From Acidobacteriota bacterium (GTDB lineage Bacteria > Acidobacteriota > Terriglobia > Bryobacterales > Bryobacteraceae), in contig SYKU01000246.1 in the NCBI GenBank assembly GCA_005808865.1, forward strand, positions 1 through 61,802: a stretch of DNA of 61,802 bases. Direction: 5' to 3'. Every line of letters begins with the position of its first letter. The first letter of the stretch is position 1. This document shows positions 36,168 through 46,847 of the stretch, piece by piece. A program made the position numbers and the translations under genes. The notes under the pieces were generated by a model. That model was not told the origin of the DNA, made no database searches, and saw only the letters and a list, made by a program, of their open reading frames with translations.

Positions 36168-36820
36168 AGAGGACCACACGCGTACGGCAGACGAATGAGT
36201 CGGGCCATAACTGCGCCAGAAGGGGTCCGCGGCGCGGCCCTCGCATCAAATCCGCCCTGCTGGTGAGACGTCCGCTGAAAGAATACCTCAATCCAGTCGA
36301 ACTCACCCGGCACGGGCGGGAAAGACGCGCGGTGGTGGAAAACACGGAAGGGAACGCTGTCAGCGCAATGCGGCACCGGCAAACGAGAACCGGCATGGAG
36401 GCTTGTGTCCGTATCGTTTGAACCAGAGTGGGATGGCGGGATCTACAGTGTGCGACCAGTGACGCCAGCAGTTGACGAGGCAGCGGACCGGTTGCGGGCG
36501 GTGACGGCGCGTGGGTATTGCCTTGAAAGTGGAGGTGGCCAAGATGCGACCGACCGCGAAGAAGCCGACGCCTTTGGATGTCCGGTGCTGGATGGAGATG
36601 TTCAGTGCCGCGCCGAGTGAGGGACGGTATTTCGCTCGACTTCGCGGAAGGGGCCTGTTGGCAGGCATCGAGGCGCCCGGAGCAAGTTATCTGCTCAAAG
36701 ACCGGAATGACCACAGGCAGAACTGAAGCATCTCCCGCCCCAAGTGGCTGCACGACACCTATTTTCCAGCGTCGCCAATTTTGAGAATTCATCTCTCAGA
36801 TTTCGCTCAAACGATTACGC

Positions 36821-36861
36821 GGCTTAACGTTGACGTAACGTTGTTAAGCCTCTGTTAAGCC
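36821..36861. promoter_or_regulatory. Operator-like cluster of iterated GTTAAGCC / TAACGTTG motifs (function unknown)
   Basis: GGCTTAAC (36821-36828) is the exact inverted partner of GTTAAGCC (36843-36850). A second GTTAAGCC lies 11 bp further on (36854-36861). TAACGTTG occurs twice, also 11 bp apart (36825 and 36836). The patch is AT-rich and sits in a gene-less gap. Confidence 0.35.
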
Positions 36862-37051
36862 AATCCCCCTCCCTGGGATTTCAAGGGCGAGGAGGGCGAG
36901 GCCCTTGGCTATACTCAGACCGGCGCTTTGGCGCGTTAGATCCGTGCCGAAGATAAGGTAGCAAACGGCTGGGTACGGACTCGCGGTGGAGACATCGACT
37001 TGGGTTGCCTCACATCCGCACCGCCAGGGGCCTGTCACGAAACCCTGCAAA

Positions 37052-37642
37052 TCAAAACCGTGCGGGCGGCGGGTCGAGAAAAGTTCCCTTCATCCGCGCC
37101 CAACAGCGGCGCGCGCTACCTGGCAAGCCGTATCGATCGAACTCTTCGGGCGAGCACCAGACAACCGCGCGCGATTCAGGCGAGACTCGCACTGCGCCTG
37201 ATTCGGCCCGGAAATGGAACACAAGATCGTGATGCAGGTGGTACGGCTCAAGCGCATTGCCGGGGATTCCATGCACGTCGATGCCGGCAAGCACCGGGTC
37301 AGCCGCATTTTGCAGAAGCGCGCCTGTTTCTTCCAGCACTTCGCGGCGCGCCGCGTCCGCAATCTCACCGTCCGGGTTACTGAGATCATCCGCTTCCACG
37401 TGGCCGCCCGGCAGCAGCCAACGGTCGAGTCGGCGGTGATGCACCAGGAGCAGCTTGCCGCCGCACGGACCCGTCACGAGCCCAGTACAGGTGATGTGTC
37501 CGGGCGTGAACTGGCTCCTCGAAAAAGGCGCGGACGTCAAGCTGAGCAACATGAGGACCAACTCGCGGCTCTTCGCCGCCTCTCCGTCCGAAGTGTCTTC
37601 AAATCCAGCGACGATCCGCGAGACGCGGTCGGGAGCGATCAT
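37052..37642 (-). CDS. NUDIX hydrolase
   Basis: The Nudix box is LPGGHVEADDLSNPDGEIADAARREVLEETG. The start is trimmed to ATG 37642, because the longer track ORF overlaps the divergent gene. Confidence 0.8.
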   Translation of the reverse strand: MIAPDRVSRIVAGFEDTSDGEAAKSRELVLMLLSLTSAPFSRSQFTPGHITCTGLVTGPCGGKLLLVHHRRLDRWLLPGGHVEADDLSNPDGEIADAARREVLEETGALLQNAADPVLAGIDVHGIPGNALEPYHLHHDLVFHFRAESGAVRVSPESRAVVWCSPEEFDRYGLPGSARRCWARMKGTFLDPPPARF

Positions 37643-37856
37643 TCGGAGCAGTATACAGGAACAGCCATGCGGGGTGGCGAAGGGAAGAATCGCAAACCCT
37701 TCCAAGTGCCTTCCAAACGGAGGCAAAACCTGGCGACCGATGAAAAGCGCATCGCGCCCACTGCACTCCGGAGGTCCTGACGGCTGCCCGCGAGCCTGCG
37801 AAACGGGCTCCCGGTGCAGTCGCTCGCAGGTAAGCACGGATCGAAGGGACGCGTTA

Positions 37857-38420
37857 GTGGAGAGCGAACTCAGGCAGAGGACCACGAAAGCCGCACTCAT
37901 CGTGATTGACGTCCAGAAGGCGATCGATCATCCAAGTTGGGGACGGCGGAACAATCCGCAGGCGGAGGCGAATATTTCGCGCCTCCTCGCGGCGTGGCGT
38001 GAGGCCGGAGGGACCGTCATTCACGTGCGGCATTATTCGCGCGTACCGAACTCGACCTACCGCCCTGGTCAGCCCGGGTGCGATTTCAAGGAGTGCGCGA
38101 TCCCGCTTCCGCGTGAGCTCGTCGTAACCAAGCACGCCTGCGGCGCGTTCGCCGGCACGAACCTCGAACGGATCTTGCGGGAAGGCGGCCACCCGGCGTT
38201 GGTGGTAGCGGGGGTAATCACAAACAATTCGGTTGAGGCTACGGTCCGCATTGCGGGAGACCTTGGCTTCGACACGTATCTGGTTTCCGACGCCGCATTC
38301 ACGTTCGACCGCAACGCTCTCGACGGGACATTGCATCGCGCCGAAGATGTCCACGCGCACTCGCTCGCGAACCTGCACGGAGAATACGCGAGCGTCGTGG
38401 AGACGGCGGATTTGTTGTGA
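37857..38420 (+). CDS. Isochorismatase-family cysteine hydrolase
   Basis: Motifs are KAALIVIDVQKAI and LVVAGVITNNSVEATVRIAGDLGFDTYLVSDA. The start is trimmed to GTG 37857. Confidence 0.8.
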   Translation: MESELRQRTTKAALIVIDVQKAIDHPSWGRRNNPQAEANISRLLAAWREAGGTVIHVRHYSRVPNSTYRPGQPGCDFKECAIPLPRELVVTKHACGAFAGTNLERILREGGHPALVVAGVITNNSVEATVRIAGDLGFDTYLVSDAAFTFDRNALDGTLHRAEDVHAHSLANLHGEYASVVETADLL

Positions 38421-38715
38421 TTTCGTGACTCGCCCGCCAACTTGACCTCCGCGCCGCAGTCTGACAATGCAGGGAAGAACATCGGATGACAATGCGCAAC
38501 GAGATCCCGCCCGGAACGGCGCACACACTGATACTCAAGACGCCTGTCCGCAATGGCGAGATGCCTGGTGGTGAGAGCGCGAATGCGAGTCAGCAAGTCT
38601 CTAAATTGAGTATGAGTAGTCGCGTCTCAAAGGGCGCTCTCCACGACAACAACACGGCCAAACGGGTGTGCGACCTGACCGGCCAGACAAGCGCTTGACA
38701 CAGGCTCGAACTCCG

Positions 38716-39210
38716 ATGCACAATCTGAAGGAAGGTCTCATCAAACAGCTGAGCGTTAAAATGTTCAAAACAAAAACGTCCCGCCCTGATCCAGCAACGG
38801 CCGAAGCCGTGTTCGGCAGCAACGACGTCGCCCGGATCTCGGGGATCACTCTCCGTCAACTCCAATGGTGGGATGAAAAGAAAGTCGTTTCTCCAAACCA
38901 GGATGGGCATAAGCGCCTCTATGTTGCTCACGAAGTCGTCGAAATAGCCGTAATAGCGGAGTTGCGCCGCAAAGGCATGCCGCTGCAGAAGATCCGGCGC
39001 ATACTGCGTTTCCTGGACAGGGAAATGAGCAAGCGCCTTGCGGGCGTGTTCAACGGAGAAACGGAATTGCATCTGCTGACCGATGGTAAGGCCGCTCACC
39101 TCGAAGGCGAACGCGACAGCATCATCAACATCCTCAAACGTGCGAAGCAGCCGATGTTTCTGGTTTGCGTCAGCGACCTGGTCCGGCGCATGGACGGCAC
39201 GAAGGCTTAA
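38716..39210 (+). CDS. MerR-family transcriptional regulator
   Basis: The HTH is FGSNDVARISGITLRQLQWWDEKKVV, followed by LYVAHEVVEIAVIAELRRKGMPLQKIRRIL. The start is ATG 38716 or 38761. Confidence 0.75.
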   Translation: MHNLKEGLIKQLSVKMFKTKTSRPDPATAEAVFGSNDVARISGITLRQLQWWDEKKVVSPNQDGHKRLYVAHEVVEIAVIAELRRKGMPLQKIRRILRFLDREMSKRLAGVFNGETELHLLTDGKAAHLEGERDSIINILKRAKQPMFLVCVSDLVRRMDGTKA

Positions 39211-39294
39211 CGACTGCCAATTGACGACCACGGTAACCAGCGGCTAACGGACGTACAAGGAGAGCGGAGATTCGCGAGGGATCCGCGACGTTTA

Positions 39295-40635
39295 TTAGCC
39301 GGCCGCGCGTAGCATGGCGCTCAGGCTGCGCTCCACGTCCTCGTCCGTGGTTGCCCACGATGACACGCTGATCCGCATGGCGACTCGGCCTTGCCAAACG
39401 GTTTCGCCGCACCAGCAGGTACCGTCCTCCTGAAGACGCGCGATTGTCCGGCGCGTGTCTGCCGCGTCTCCGAAGCTGACCAGCACCTGGTTGAGAACCA
39501 CGTCGTTCAGAATTTCGAACCCGGCCTCGCGCAGTCCTTCGGCGAAACGCGAAGCCTGACGGCAGTTTCGTTCGATCAACTCGGCCAGTCCCGCCCGGCC
39601 GAGCGATCGCAGCGCCGCCCATACCTCGATGCCACGCGCCCGCCGAGAGAGCTCCGGCGTATATTGGCTAGGCTCGCGATGGCCCCCTTGCGGCAGGTAG
39701 GCGGCTGTGATCGTCATTGCGTTCTTTAGATCCGCCGCGGTCCGGACGAATGCAAGACCGCTGTCGTAGGGAACGTTTAGCCACTTGTGGGCGTCGGTCG
39801 CCCAGGAGTCAGCATCGCCGACGCCATGCGCAAAGTGGGCGAACTTCGGCGTCGCAGCTGCCCAAAGACCGAACGCTCCATCGACGTGGACCCAGGCTCC
39901 CGCATCGTGCGTGAGCGAACAAATCTCCCGAACAGGATCGAAAGCCCCGGTGTTGACGTTACCGGCCTGCGCGCAGACAATGGCCGGTCCGTTCAGCTTC
40001 GGGATCGCGTCCGGCCGCATGCGCCCCTGTTCATCCACGGGGACGCGAATCGGGGTGTCGCGCCCCAACCCCAGCATGCCAAGCGCCTTGAGCACCGAAG
40101 GGTGAACCTCTTCGCTCACGACGACGGTGATGGGAGGAGCCCCGATCAAGCCGCGCGCCTCCACGTCCCAACCCGCTTTCTCAAGAACGGCGCGACGGGC
40201 GGCCGCGAGCGAGGTGAAGTTCGCCACCGTCGCGCCCGAAACGAAGGAGCCGGCGCAACCGGACGGAAGTTGGAGAACGTCGAGGAGCCAACCTAGGCTG
40301 ACTTCTTCCAGCACCGTTCCAACCGGACTGCCTGCGAAAAGACCCGCGTTCTGGTCCCACGCGCTTGACAACCAACTTGCGGCCAGTGCGGCAGGAAGCG
40401 CGCCGCCGATTACAAAGCCGAAGAATCGCGGACCGGCGGTGCCGTTCGCGGCCGGGGATCCGATGCGATCAAGCATTTCGAGGACGGTCGTCGGGGAACA
40501 AGGATGGAGCGGGAGTGGTTCGTCGAAGGCGGCAAGCGCGGTAAGCGCCTGCTCGCGAGGCCAGACTTCCCGCTCCTTCAACCCTTCCAGGTACCGGACG
40601 GCGGTCTCGGCGGCGACGCCGAGCAGGGATCTCAT
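39295..40635 (-). CDS. PLP-dependent group II decarboxylase-like protein
   Basis: Motifs are [14 protein letters not shown] and [18 protein letters not shown] (PLP lysine). The start is chosen at MRSLLGV. Confidence 0.75.
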   Translation of the reverse strand: MRSLLGVAAETAVRYLEGLKEREVWPREQALTALAAFDEPLPLHPCSPTTVLEMLDRIGSPAANGTAGPRFFGFVIGGALPAALAASWLSSAWDQNAGLFAGSPVGTVLEEVSLGWLLDVLQLPSGCAGSFVSGATVANFTSLAAARRAVLEKAGWDVEARGLIGAPPITVVVSEEVHPSVLKALGMLGLGRDTPIRVPVDEQGRMRPDAIPKLNGPAIVCAQAGNVNTGAFDPVREICSLTHDAGAWVHVDGAFGLWAAATPKFAHFAHGVGDADSWATDAHKWLNVPYDSGLAFVRTAADLKNAMTITAAYLPQGGHREPSQYTPELSRRARGIEVWAALRSLGRAGLAELIERNCRQASRFAEGLREAGFEILNDVVLNQVLVSFGDAADTRRTIARLQEDGTCWCGETVWQGRVAMRISVSSWATTDEDVERSLSAMLRAAG

Positions 40636-40779
40636 TTGATCATTATAATTCCGCGACTTGACGGGCCCACAGGTCCAATTGGCGGACGCGAGCCATCTTC
40701 TTCTGCCGGCGTTCATCGAGGCGAAGTCTGGAGGCTCGCCGTCAAACGCCAAGCCGTCTGTTACGATCAAGGATCTAAG

Positions 40780-42759
40780 ATGCCAACACTCGAATCCATC
40801 CTCGATTCCCACGATTCCTCCATCTTCGACGTCCCTTCAAAAGCTCGCGGGCCCCAGGGTTCACTGCCAATTACACCTGAGATGTTGTTGACGCGACCAT
40901 CGGGCGATCTCTTCGGTTGGGCGCAGAATGCGGGCATGGGATGGACGCCGTCGGAGATGGCGGGGGGCGACGCTTTGATCCTGAGCACGCACGGTGGAAT
41001 CCGCGCCGACGACGGCACCCCGATCGCGCTTGGCTACCACACGGGACACTGGGAGGTTGGGCTGCTGATGCAGGCAGCCGCGCGTGAGTTAAAGTTACAT
41101 GGCGCGGTGCCCTTCGGCGCATACTGCACCGATCCTTGCGACGGCCGCACGCAAGGCACAACGGGCATGTTCGACAGCCTCGCCTACCGCAATGACGCCG
41201 CGACGATCTTCCGGCGTCTCATCCGCTCACTGCCTACGCGGAAATCCGTAATCGGCGTCGCGACCTGCGACAAGGGACTACCCGCGATGATGCTCGCGCT
41301 CGCCGCGATGCACGACCTGCCCTGCGTGCTGGTGCCGGGCGGCGTCACGCTGTTGCCGGAGGAAGGCGAGGACGCCGGGCAGGTGCAATCGGTAGGCGCC
41401 CGGTTCGCGCATGGGCAGATCACACTCGAACAGGCGGCGGACAGCTTGTGCCATGCCTGCGCTTCGCCCGGCGGCGGATGCCAATTCCTGGGGACGGCGG
41501 CCACTTCGCAGGTAGTGGGCGAGGCTCTCGGAATGTCGCTGACGCATTCGGCGCTCGCGCCTTCGGGACAAGCCATCTGGCTGGATTTGGCGCGACGCTC
41601 GGCGCGGGCAGCGCTGACCCTTCAGGGGCGTGGCATCACCATGAAGGAACTGCTGACGACCACGTCTGTTGACAACGCGATGATCGTGCACGCGGCCTTT
41701 GGCGGCTCCACGAATCTGATTCTCCACTTGCCGGCGATCGCGCACTCGGCGGGTCTGCGCCGTCCCACGGTGGATGATTGGACGCGGATCAACCGTCTGG
41801 TCCCGCGCCTTGTCGATTGCCTCCCGAACGGCCCGAAGGGGCATCCCACGGTCCAGGTTTTCATGGCTGGCGGAGTTCCGGAGGTGATGCTGCACCTTCG
41901 GCGCGCCGGACTGCTAAATTTGAGCGCGATGACGGCGAGCGGCGAAAAGCTGGGATCGATGCTCGAGTGGTGGGAACAGTCCGAGCGCCGCGTCAAGTTG
42001 CGACAGTTGCTGAAGAACCGGGACGGCGTGGACCCGAACGACGTGATCATGGACCCGGACGGAGCGAGGGCCCGCGGACTGACTTCCACGGTTACGTTTC
42101 CCACCGGCAATCTCGCTCCCGAGGGATCGGTGATCAAAAGCACGGCCATCGACCCAAGTGTTGTCGGGGAGGACGGCGTCTACCGGAAGCGCGGACCGGC
42201 GCGGGTTTTTTCGTCCGAGACCTCGGCGATTGCGGCGATCAAGAGCACCGGCGAAGACCGTTTGAAGCCGGGTGACATACTGGTGCTGATCTGCCGGGGT
42301 CCGATGGGATCCGGCATGGAGGAGATATACCAGATCACGTCGGCGCTGAAGCATCTGACGTTCGGGAAGCAGATTGCAGTGTTGACGGATGCGCGTTTTA
42401 GTGGAGTTTCAACGGGAGCGTGCATCGGCCACGTCTCGCCGGAGGCGCTGGCCGGCGGTCCGGTGGGCAAGGTGCTCGATGGGGACACCATCGAAATAGT
42501 GATCGACCGGAACCAGTTGGAGGGGACTGTGAACTTTGTCGGCGCGGGCGGCGAAGTCTTCGGCGCGGAGCGGGGATCCGCGATATTGGCGGCGAGGGCG
42601 TTACGCCCGGATCTGGCGCCGGACCCGGAGTTGCCCGGCGATTCGCGGCTATGGGCGGCGCTGCAAAGCGTGAGCGGCGGGACCTGGGGCGGATGCGTTT
42701 ACGACGTCGAAGCAATTCTGAAAACGCTCGAAGCGGGGCGGAAGGCGCTGGAAAGTTGA
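40780..42759 (+). CDS. YjhG/YagF-type D-xylonate dehydratase (IlvD/Edd family)
   Basis: There is near-collinear similarity to my recollection of E. coli YjhG: [95 protein letters not shown] and [26 protein letters not shown]. Confidence 0.88.
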   Translation: MPTLESILDSHDSSIFDVPSKARGPQGSLPITPEMLLTRPSGDLFGWAQNAGMGWTPSEMAGGDALILSTHGGIRADDGTPIALGYHTGHWEVGLLMQAAARELKLHGAVPFGAYCTDPCDGRTQGTTGMFDSLAYRNDAATIFRRLIRSLPTRKSVIGVATCDKGLPAMMLALAAMHDLPCVLVPGGVTLLPEEGEDAGQVQSVGARFAHGQITLEQAADSLCHACASPGGGCQFLGTAATSQVVGEALGMSLTHSALAPSGQAIWLDLARRSARAALTLQGRGITMKELLTTTSVDNAMIVHAAFGGSTNLILHLPAIAHSAGLRRPTVDDWTRINRLVPRLVDCLPNGPKGHPTVQVFMAGGVPEVMLHLRRAGLLNLSAMTASGEKLGSMLEWWEQSERRVKLRQLLKNRDGVDPNDVIMDPDGARARGLTSTVTFPTGNLAPEGSVIKSTAIDPSVVGEDGVYRKRGPARVFSSETSAIAAIKSTGEDRLKPGDILVLICRGPMGSGMEEIYQITSALKHLTFGKQIAVLTDARFSGVSTGACIGHVSPEALAGGPVGKVLDGDTIEIVIDRNQLEGTVNFVGAGGEVFGAERGSAILAARALRPDLAPDPELPGDSRLWAALQSVSGGTWGGCVYDVEAILKTLEAGRKALES

Positions 42760-42789
42760 GGCGCATCGTATAGTGGGTTGGATCATTAA

Positions 42790-43980
42790 ATGCAAATGCA
42801 ATTCAGTTTCTGGGTTCTAGGGGCGTTGATACTCCTCGCGGGGTGCAACCGGAAGGCTGCGGTTCCGTCGAAGCAGGACACTGGTCCCATCAAGATCAAA
42901 GTCTCACCCGTCATCGTCAAGGAACTTCAGCGCGACGTGGAGTCGGTGGGCACGTTGTTCCCGTTCGAAGAGGTGATTATCAGTTCGGAGATTGAGGGCA
43001 AGGTAATCAAAGTGGAGGCCGACCTGGGCGATCGCGTCACGCAGGGGCAGGTGCTGGTCGGCGTTTCGGAAGAAGAGCAACAATACGTGCTCAATCAGAA
43101 TGAGGCACAGCTCAAGCAAGCGCTCGAATCGGTCGGGCTGAAAAACGAAAAAGACAAGGTCAAAGATATCAAAGAAACGCCCGGAGTCCGGCGTGCCCAG
43201 GCGGACCTGTTCGACGCTGAACAACGATTCAGGCGCGTGCGGGATTTGGTTGCGCAAGGTGTGACGTCAAGGCAGGATCTGGATCAGGCGCAAGCCAGGT
43301 ATGAGTCGATGCAAGCGGCCTACGAGACCTCTCTGCACACGGCGCGAAACATGATTCAGGAGGTGGATCGCATCAGGGGCGTTGTCGATCTGCAAAGGAA
43401 GAAGGTCCGCGACACGACGATTCGCGCTCCATTCGCCGCATTCGTGAAGGAACGGACGGTGAATGTGGGGCAGTTCGTGCGGCCGAACACACCGGTCTTC
43501 ACGCTCGTGAAGACCGACCCTATTCGTCTCCGGATAGAAGTGCCGGAGCGCATGGCGCCGTGGGTCAAGACCGGGCAGATGGCGGAGGTGACCATGGAAG
43601 CTTTCGGCGAGCGTCAGTTTCGCGGCAAGATCTGGCGCATTTCGCCAACCGTCGAGCAGAGCAAAAGAACTTTCGTGGTCGAAGCTTTGATCGACAATCC
43701 AAGCGGTGAACTGAAGCCCGGCTCCTATGCGAAGGCGCGCGTTCGCACAGACCGGTTTGATCGCACGAAACTTGTTCCAGCCCGCGCCATCAACTATGTT
43801 TTCGGCACCAACAAGGCGTTCGTGACGAAGGACGGCGCGATTGAGGCGCGGGAAGTGAAGCTGGGAGACCGCTTCGGCGATAGCGTGGAGGTCGTCGAGG
43901 GCCTCAACGAAGGCGAACAGGTTGCACTGACGCAGTTGCAACGTCTCGATACGGGTACCCAGATCGAGATAACCCGGTGA
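42790..43980 (+). CDS. Efflux-type periplasmic adaptor (HlyD/MFP family) lipoprotein
   Basis: It has the lipobox LLAGC. There is a barrel-sandwich hairpin with coiled coils (AQADLFDAEQRFRRVRDLVAQGVTSRQDLDQAQARY) and the motifs IRAPFAAFV and GEQVAL. Confidence 0.8.
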   Translation: MQMQFSFWVLGALILLAGCNRKAAVPSKQDTGPIKIKVSPVIVKELQRDVESVGTLFPFEEVIISSEIEGKVIKVEADLGDRVTQGQVLVGVSEEEQQYVLNQNEAQLKQALESVGLKNEKDKVKDIKETPGVRRAQADLFDAEQRFRRVRDLVAQGVTSRQDLDQAQARYESMQAAYETSLHTARNMIQEVDRIRGVVDLQRKKVRDTTIRAPFAAFVKERTVNVGQFVRPNTPVFTLVKTDPIRLRIEVPERMAPWVKTGQMAEVTMEAFGERQFRGKIWRISPTVEQSKRTFVVEALIDNPSGELKPGSYAKARVRTDRFDRTKLVPARAINYVFGTNKAFVTKDGAIEAREVKLGDRFGDSVEVVEGLNEGEQVALTQLQRLDTGTQIEITR

Positions 43981-44816
43981 AACGCGGCGGCACGACGGGA
44001 TCAACCCCGATCGCCTGGCTGGCAGCCATTTCACTATGGGCCGTGCCATCTTTTGTCAATGCAGCGACACGGATTGTGGTGACGGTTGTCGAACCGAAGT
44101 CCGGCAAACCGGTCCTGGGACTGAATGCGGCTGATTTTTCGGTTTTCGAAGATAGGGCCCCGAAGCGAGTAGATAGCGCCGAGTTCGTGACACCGGCGGT
44201 GGACGTGATGCTGCTGCTCGATACGAGCCTCGCCGGGCCAGCGGTAGCGCCGCTTGCCGGAAACCTTATCGCGCAACTGGGAGCGAAAGAGCAGATGGCG
44301 CTGGTCGCCTTCCATTCCTCGGCCGATCTGATTCAGGATTTCACGTCCAGCCGGGAACTGCTTTCACGGGCGCTCGGAAGCGTGAAATTCGGAAACACGC
44401 CGCGTGTCCTCGACGCAGTCTATGCCGCGATTGACAGCGGCTTCGGCAACAGCAGTTTCCGCCGCACGATCCTGCTGCTCACGGCGGGCCTCGAAGGGGA
44501 CAGCCGCGTTCGCGAGCAGGACGTTGTGAGATTGGCGCGCCGCAACGGCGTCTCCATATTTCCGGTTTACGTAGGTGGAAGAGAGCGGGCCATGTTCGAT
44601 CTGCTTGCGAGACAAACCGGCGGGGCCTCGTTCAACATCCGTGACATGCAGAAGGCGTCAGGCAAGGAAGCGGCGGCTCAACCCGGCCCGGTTATTTTTG
44701 AAATTCTCCGCGCCCACTATGTCTTGACGGTTCCGGGCAACTTGTCTCTGGGAGAAAAGGTCAGAATCGAAGTCAGGCGCCCCGAAAAGTTGTTTGTTTC
44801 CGCTCTGCCCGAATAG
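43977..44816 (+). CDS. Secreted von Willebrand factor A domain protein (Acidobacterial VWFA-related type)
   Basis: The GTG overlaps the adaptor stop (GTGA). A signal peptide is followed by FSVFEDRAPKRV and the degenerate MIDAS-region segment DVMLLLDTSLAG. MALVAFHSSADLIQDFTS is also present. Confidence 0.7.
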   Translation: MKRGGTTGSTPIAWLAAISLWAVPSFVNAATRIVVTVVEPKSGKPVLGLNAADFSVFEDRAPKRVDSAEFVTPAVDVMLLLDTSLAGPAVAPLAGNLIAQLGAKEQMALVAFHSSADLIQDFTSSRELLSRALGSVKFGNTPRVLDAVYAAIDSGFGNSSFRRTILLLTAGLEGDSRVREQDVVRLARRNGVSIFPVYVGGRERAMFDLLARQTGGASFNIRDMQKASGKEAAAQPGPVIFEILRAHYVLTVPGNLSLGEKVRIEVRRPEKLFVSALPE

Positions 44817-44918
44817 AGATGGCGCAGCCCGGAAACGGACCAGCCTCAGTACCCTCAGTCCTTCGGTACCAGCACTTGACAGGTTTTTGGGCATAGGCAA
44901 GACTGAAGCTTCGCCGAC

Positions 44919-45434
44919 TTGAGCGGTGGTCCGAGAAACATTACAGTGGCAGCCAATTCGCAAGAAGACGAATTTCATCAGCGTGTGGAAGTCGCGCTCG
45001 ATGCAGTTGTTCTAAGGTCGCCCGCGGCTCTGTTTTGGAGCGCGGTCCTCCTGGCTGTTCTCGGCACGGCGGTGGTGGTGATAACGATCCAGCGTAAAAT
45101 CGTGACACAGATCGCGGAACGAAGCGCCGCGGCCAAATTGGTCGACCGCGCTGGAAGGACGCTTCCCAAACCCGGCGACCACAAGGTGCTGCGCGGCGCG
45201 GGCGTCCCGGTATTTCTCGCCTCGGACACTTATGCGTTGAGCATCGTCTCCGATGCCGGGAAGTTTCCGGATGGCACGGTCATGCGCATGGCTGCGCGGG
45301 GGCGCGTCGAGGAACTGACAGCCGGCACGAAAGTGATTGTCCTTGAGGCCAAGCCGGGGTTCGCCCGCGTGCGCGTGATCAATGGCTCCGCTGGCGGCCG
45401 CATCGGCTGGGTCCTGCCGGAGACGTTAGAATAG
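44919..45434 (+). CDS. Hypothetical membrane-anchored protein with an SH3-like C-terminus
   Basis: It has a single TM segment (LFWSAVLLAVLGTAVVVITI). The C-terminal segment GTKVIVLEAKPGFARVRVINGSAGGRIGWVLPETLE resembles a bacterial SH3 domain. The TTG start is uncertain. Confidence 0.4.
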   Translation: MSGGPRNITVAANSQEDEFHQRVEVALDAVVLRSPAALFWSAVLLAVLGTAVVVITIQRKIVTQIAERSAAAKLVDRAGRTLPKPGDHKVLRGAGVPVFLASDTYALSIVSDAGKFPDGTVMRMAARGRVEELTAGTKVIVLEAKPGFARVRVINGSAGGRIGWVLPETLE

Positions 45435-45662
45435 CCGGCACTCTGGCATCCGACGTGCTAGAGTTTTCGGTATGATGATCCGAGTCTGTTCCCTCCGGCG
45501 AGTTCTTCACGCGCGAACAGCCGCTCGCGGCGCCGCGGCTTCAAGCCTGGCGGCGCGCGTGAGCCTGAGGGGGCGACCATCTCAAAACTACGCTAGCAGC
45601 GGTCGATATGCGTGTCCCGAATGGCGTGAAAGACTGAGCACACAGATCTCCCGGAGCGGCGC

Positions 45663-46847
45663 TTGACGATCGGAGTCCCCAGAGAGATTTTCCCCAAGGA
45701 GCGCCGTGTGGCGCTGGTTCCTGCGGTCGTTCCGACTCTTACGAAAGCTGGCTTCGAGGTGGTCATTGAGGCTGGAGCGGGTAGTCAAGCCGGGTTTCCG
45801 GACGCAGCCTATGCGGAAAAAGGCGCGAGGATACTACCGGACCGGTCCGCGGTATTCGACGCAGCCGGAGTTGTGGTTCAGGTCCTCTGCTACGGCTCGA
45901 ATGGGCTGACGGGCAAGGCCGATATGCCGCTGTTCCGAAAGGATCAACTCCTGGCCGGTTTTCTTCGGCCGCTCGGCTCGCTTGCGATAATCGAAGAAAT
46001 CGCCGCGGTGGGTGTCACGTCTTTCTCTGTCGAGTTGATGCCCCGTACCACGCGCGCTCAGAGTATGGACGCCTTGTCGTCCATGGGCACCGTTTGCGGC
46101 TACAAGGCTGTCTTGATCGCGGCTGACATTCTTCCGAAGCTCTTTCCCATGCTGACGACGGCCGCGGGGACCATTACGCCGGCGCGCGTCCTGGTGATCG
46201 GCGCGGGTGTGGCGGGATTGCAGGCGATCGCCACGGCTCGAAGGCTCGGCGCGGTGGTTTCCGCCTACGACTTGAGGCCGGCAGCCAAAGAGCAGGTTCA
46301 GAGCCTTGGAGGACGCTTCGTTGAGTTGCCTATCGACGCCGCGGATGCTCAGGACGCGCGCGGTTACGCGCGGCCGCAGGACGACTCCTTCTACCTGCGT
46401 CAGCGCGAACTGCTGGGAAAGGTCGTCGCCGAGCAGGACGTAGTGATCGCAGCCGCCGTAATTCCCGGCAAGAAATCTCCGGTGCTGATCACCCGGGAGA
46501 TGGTCTACGGTATGGCGCCTGGTTCCGTGATCGTCGATTTGGCGGCCGAACGCGGCGGGAACTGCGAGCTGACGCGGCCGGGTGAGACAGTCGTCGATCA
46601 CGACGTCACCATCGCGGGCCTCATCAACCTGGCCAGCAGCGTTCCATACCATGCAAGCCAGATGTATGCCCGTAATCTCAGCGCGTTTCTCCTTCACTTG
46701 TTCAAGGACGGCAAACTGCGGATCGATGCTTCGGACGAGATTGTGCGTGAGACGCTTCTGACGCGGGGCGGAAAGATTGTTAACGCGCGGGTGCGGAACT
46801 TTTTCGGCCTGCCTGATCTGGAGGAAAGTAGTGACGGAACTCCTTAG
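45663..46847 (+). CDS. pntA: NAD(P) transhydrogenase subunit alpha, part 1 (dI)
   Basis: Motifs are IGVPREIFPKERRVALVP and VLVIGAGVAGLQAIATARRLGA. Confidence 0.9.
   Translation: MTIGVPREIFPKERRVALVPAVVPTLTKAGFEVVIEAGAGSQAGFPDAAYAEKGARILPDRSAVFDAAGVVVQVLCYGSNGLTGKADMPLFRKDQLLAGFLRPLGSLAIIEEIAAVGVTSFSVELMPRTTRAQSMDALSSMGTVCGYKAVLIAADILPKLFPMLTTAAGTITPARVLVIGAGVAGLQAIATARRLGAVVSAYDLRPAAKEQVQSLGGRFVELPIDAADAQDARGYARPQDDSFYLRQRELLGKVVAEQDVVIAAAVIPGKKSPVLITREMVYGMAPGSVIVDLAAERGGNCELTRPGETVVDHDVTIAGLINLASSVPYHASQMYARNLSAFLLHLFKDGKLRIDASDEIVRETLLTRGGKIVNARVRNFFGLPDLEESSDGTP

Noticed and set aside
36405-36726. Two overlapping 71-aa plus-strand ORFs lie in the 36.2-37.0 kb gap (VSFEPEWDGGIYSVRPV.. and MGIALKVEVAKMRPTAKKPTPLD..).
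   Set aside because: They have no recognisable domain and no SD, and they overlap each other in different frames. I treat them as non-coding until there is expression or homology evidence.
37455-37900. The isochorismatase (321 aa) and NUDIX (282 aa) track ORFs overlap each other by about 450 nt on opposite strands.
   Set aside because: The conserved domains start at GTG 37857 and ATG 37642 respectively. The upstream extensions are low-complexity, so this is a normal divergent pair with a ~214-nt intergenic region.
38695-38724. A promoter-like TTGACA-18 nt-CACAAT lies in front of the MerR-family gene.
   Set aside because: The -10 element overlaps the ATG at 38716, and the 18-nt spacing with a 4/6 -10 match is weak. 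It would only fit if translation starts at 38761, so I did not report it as a feature.
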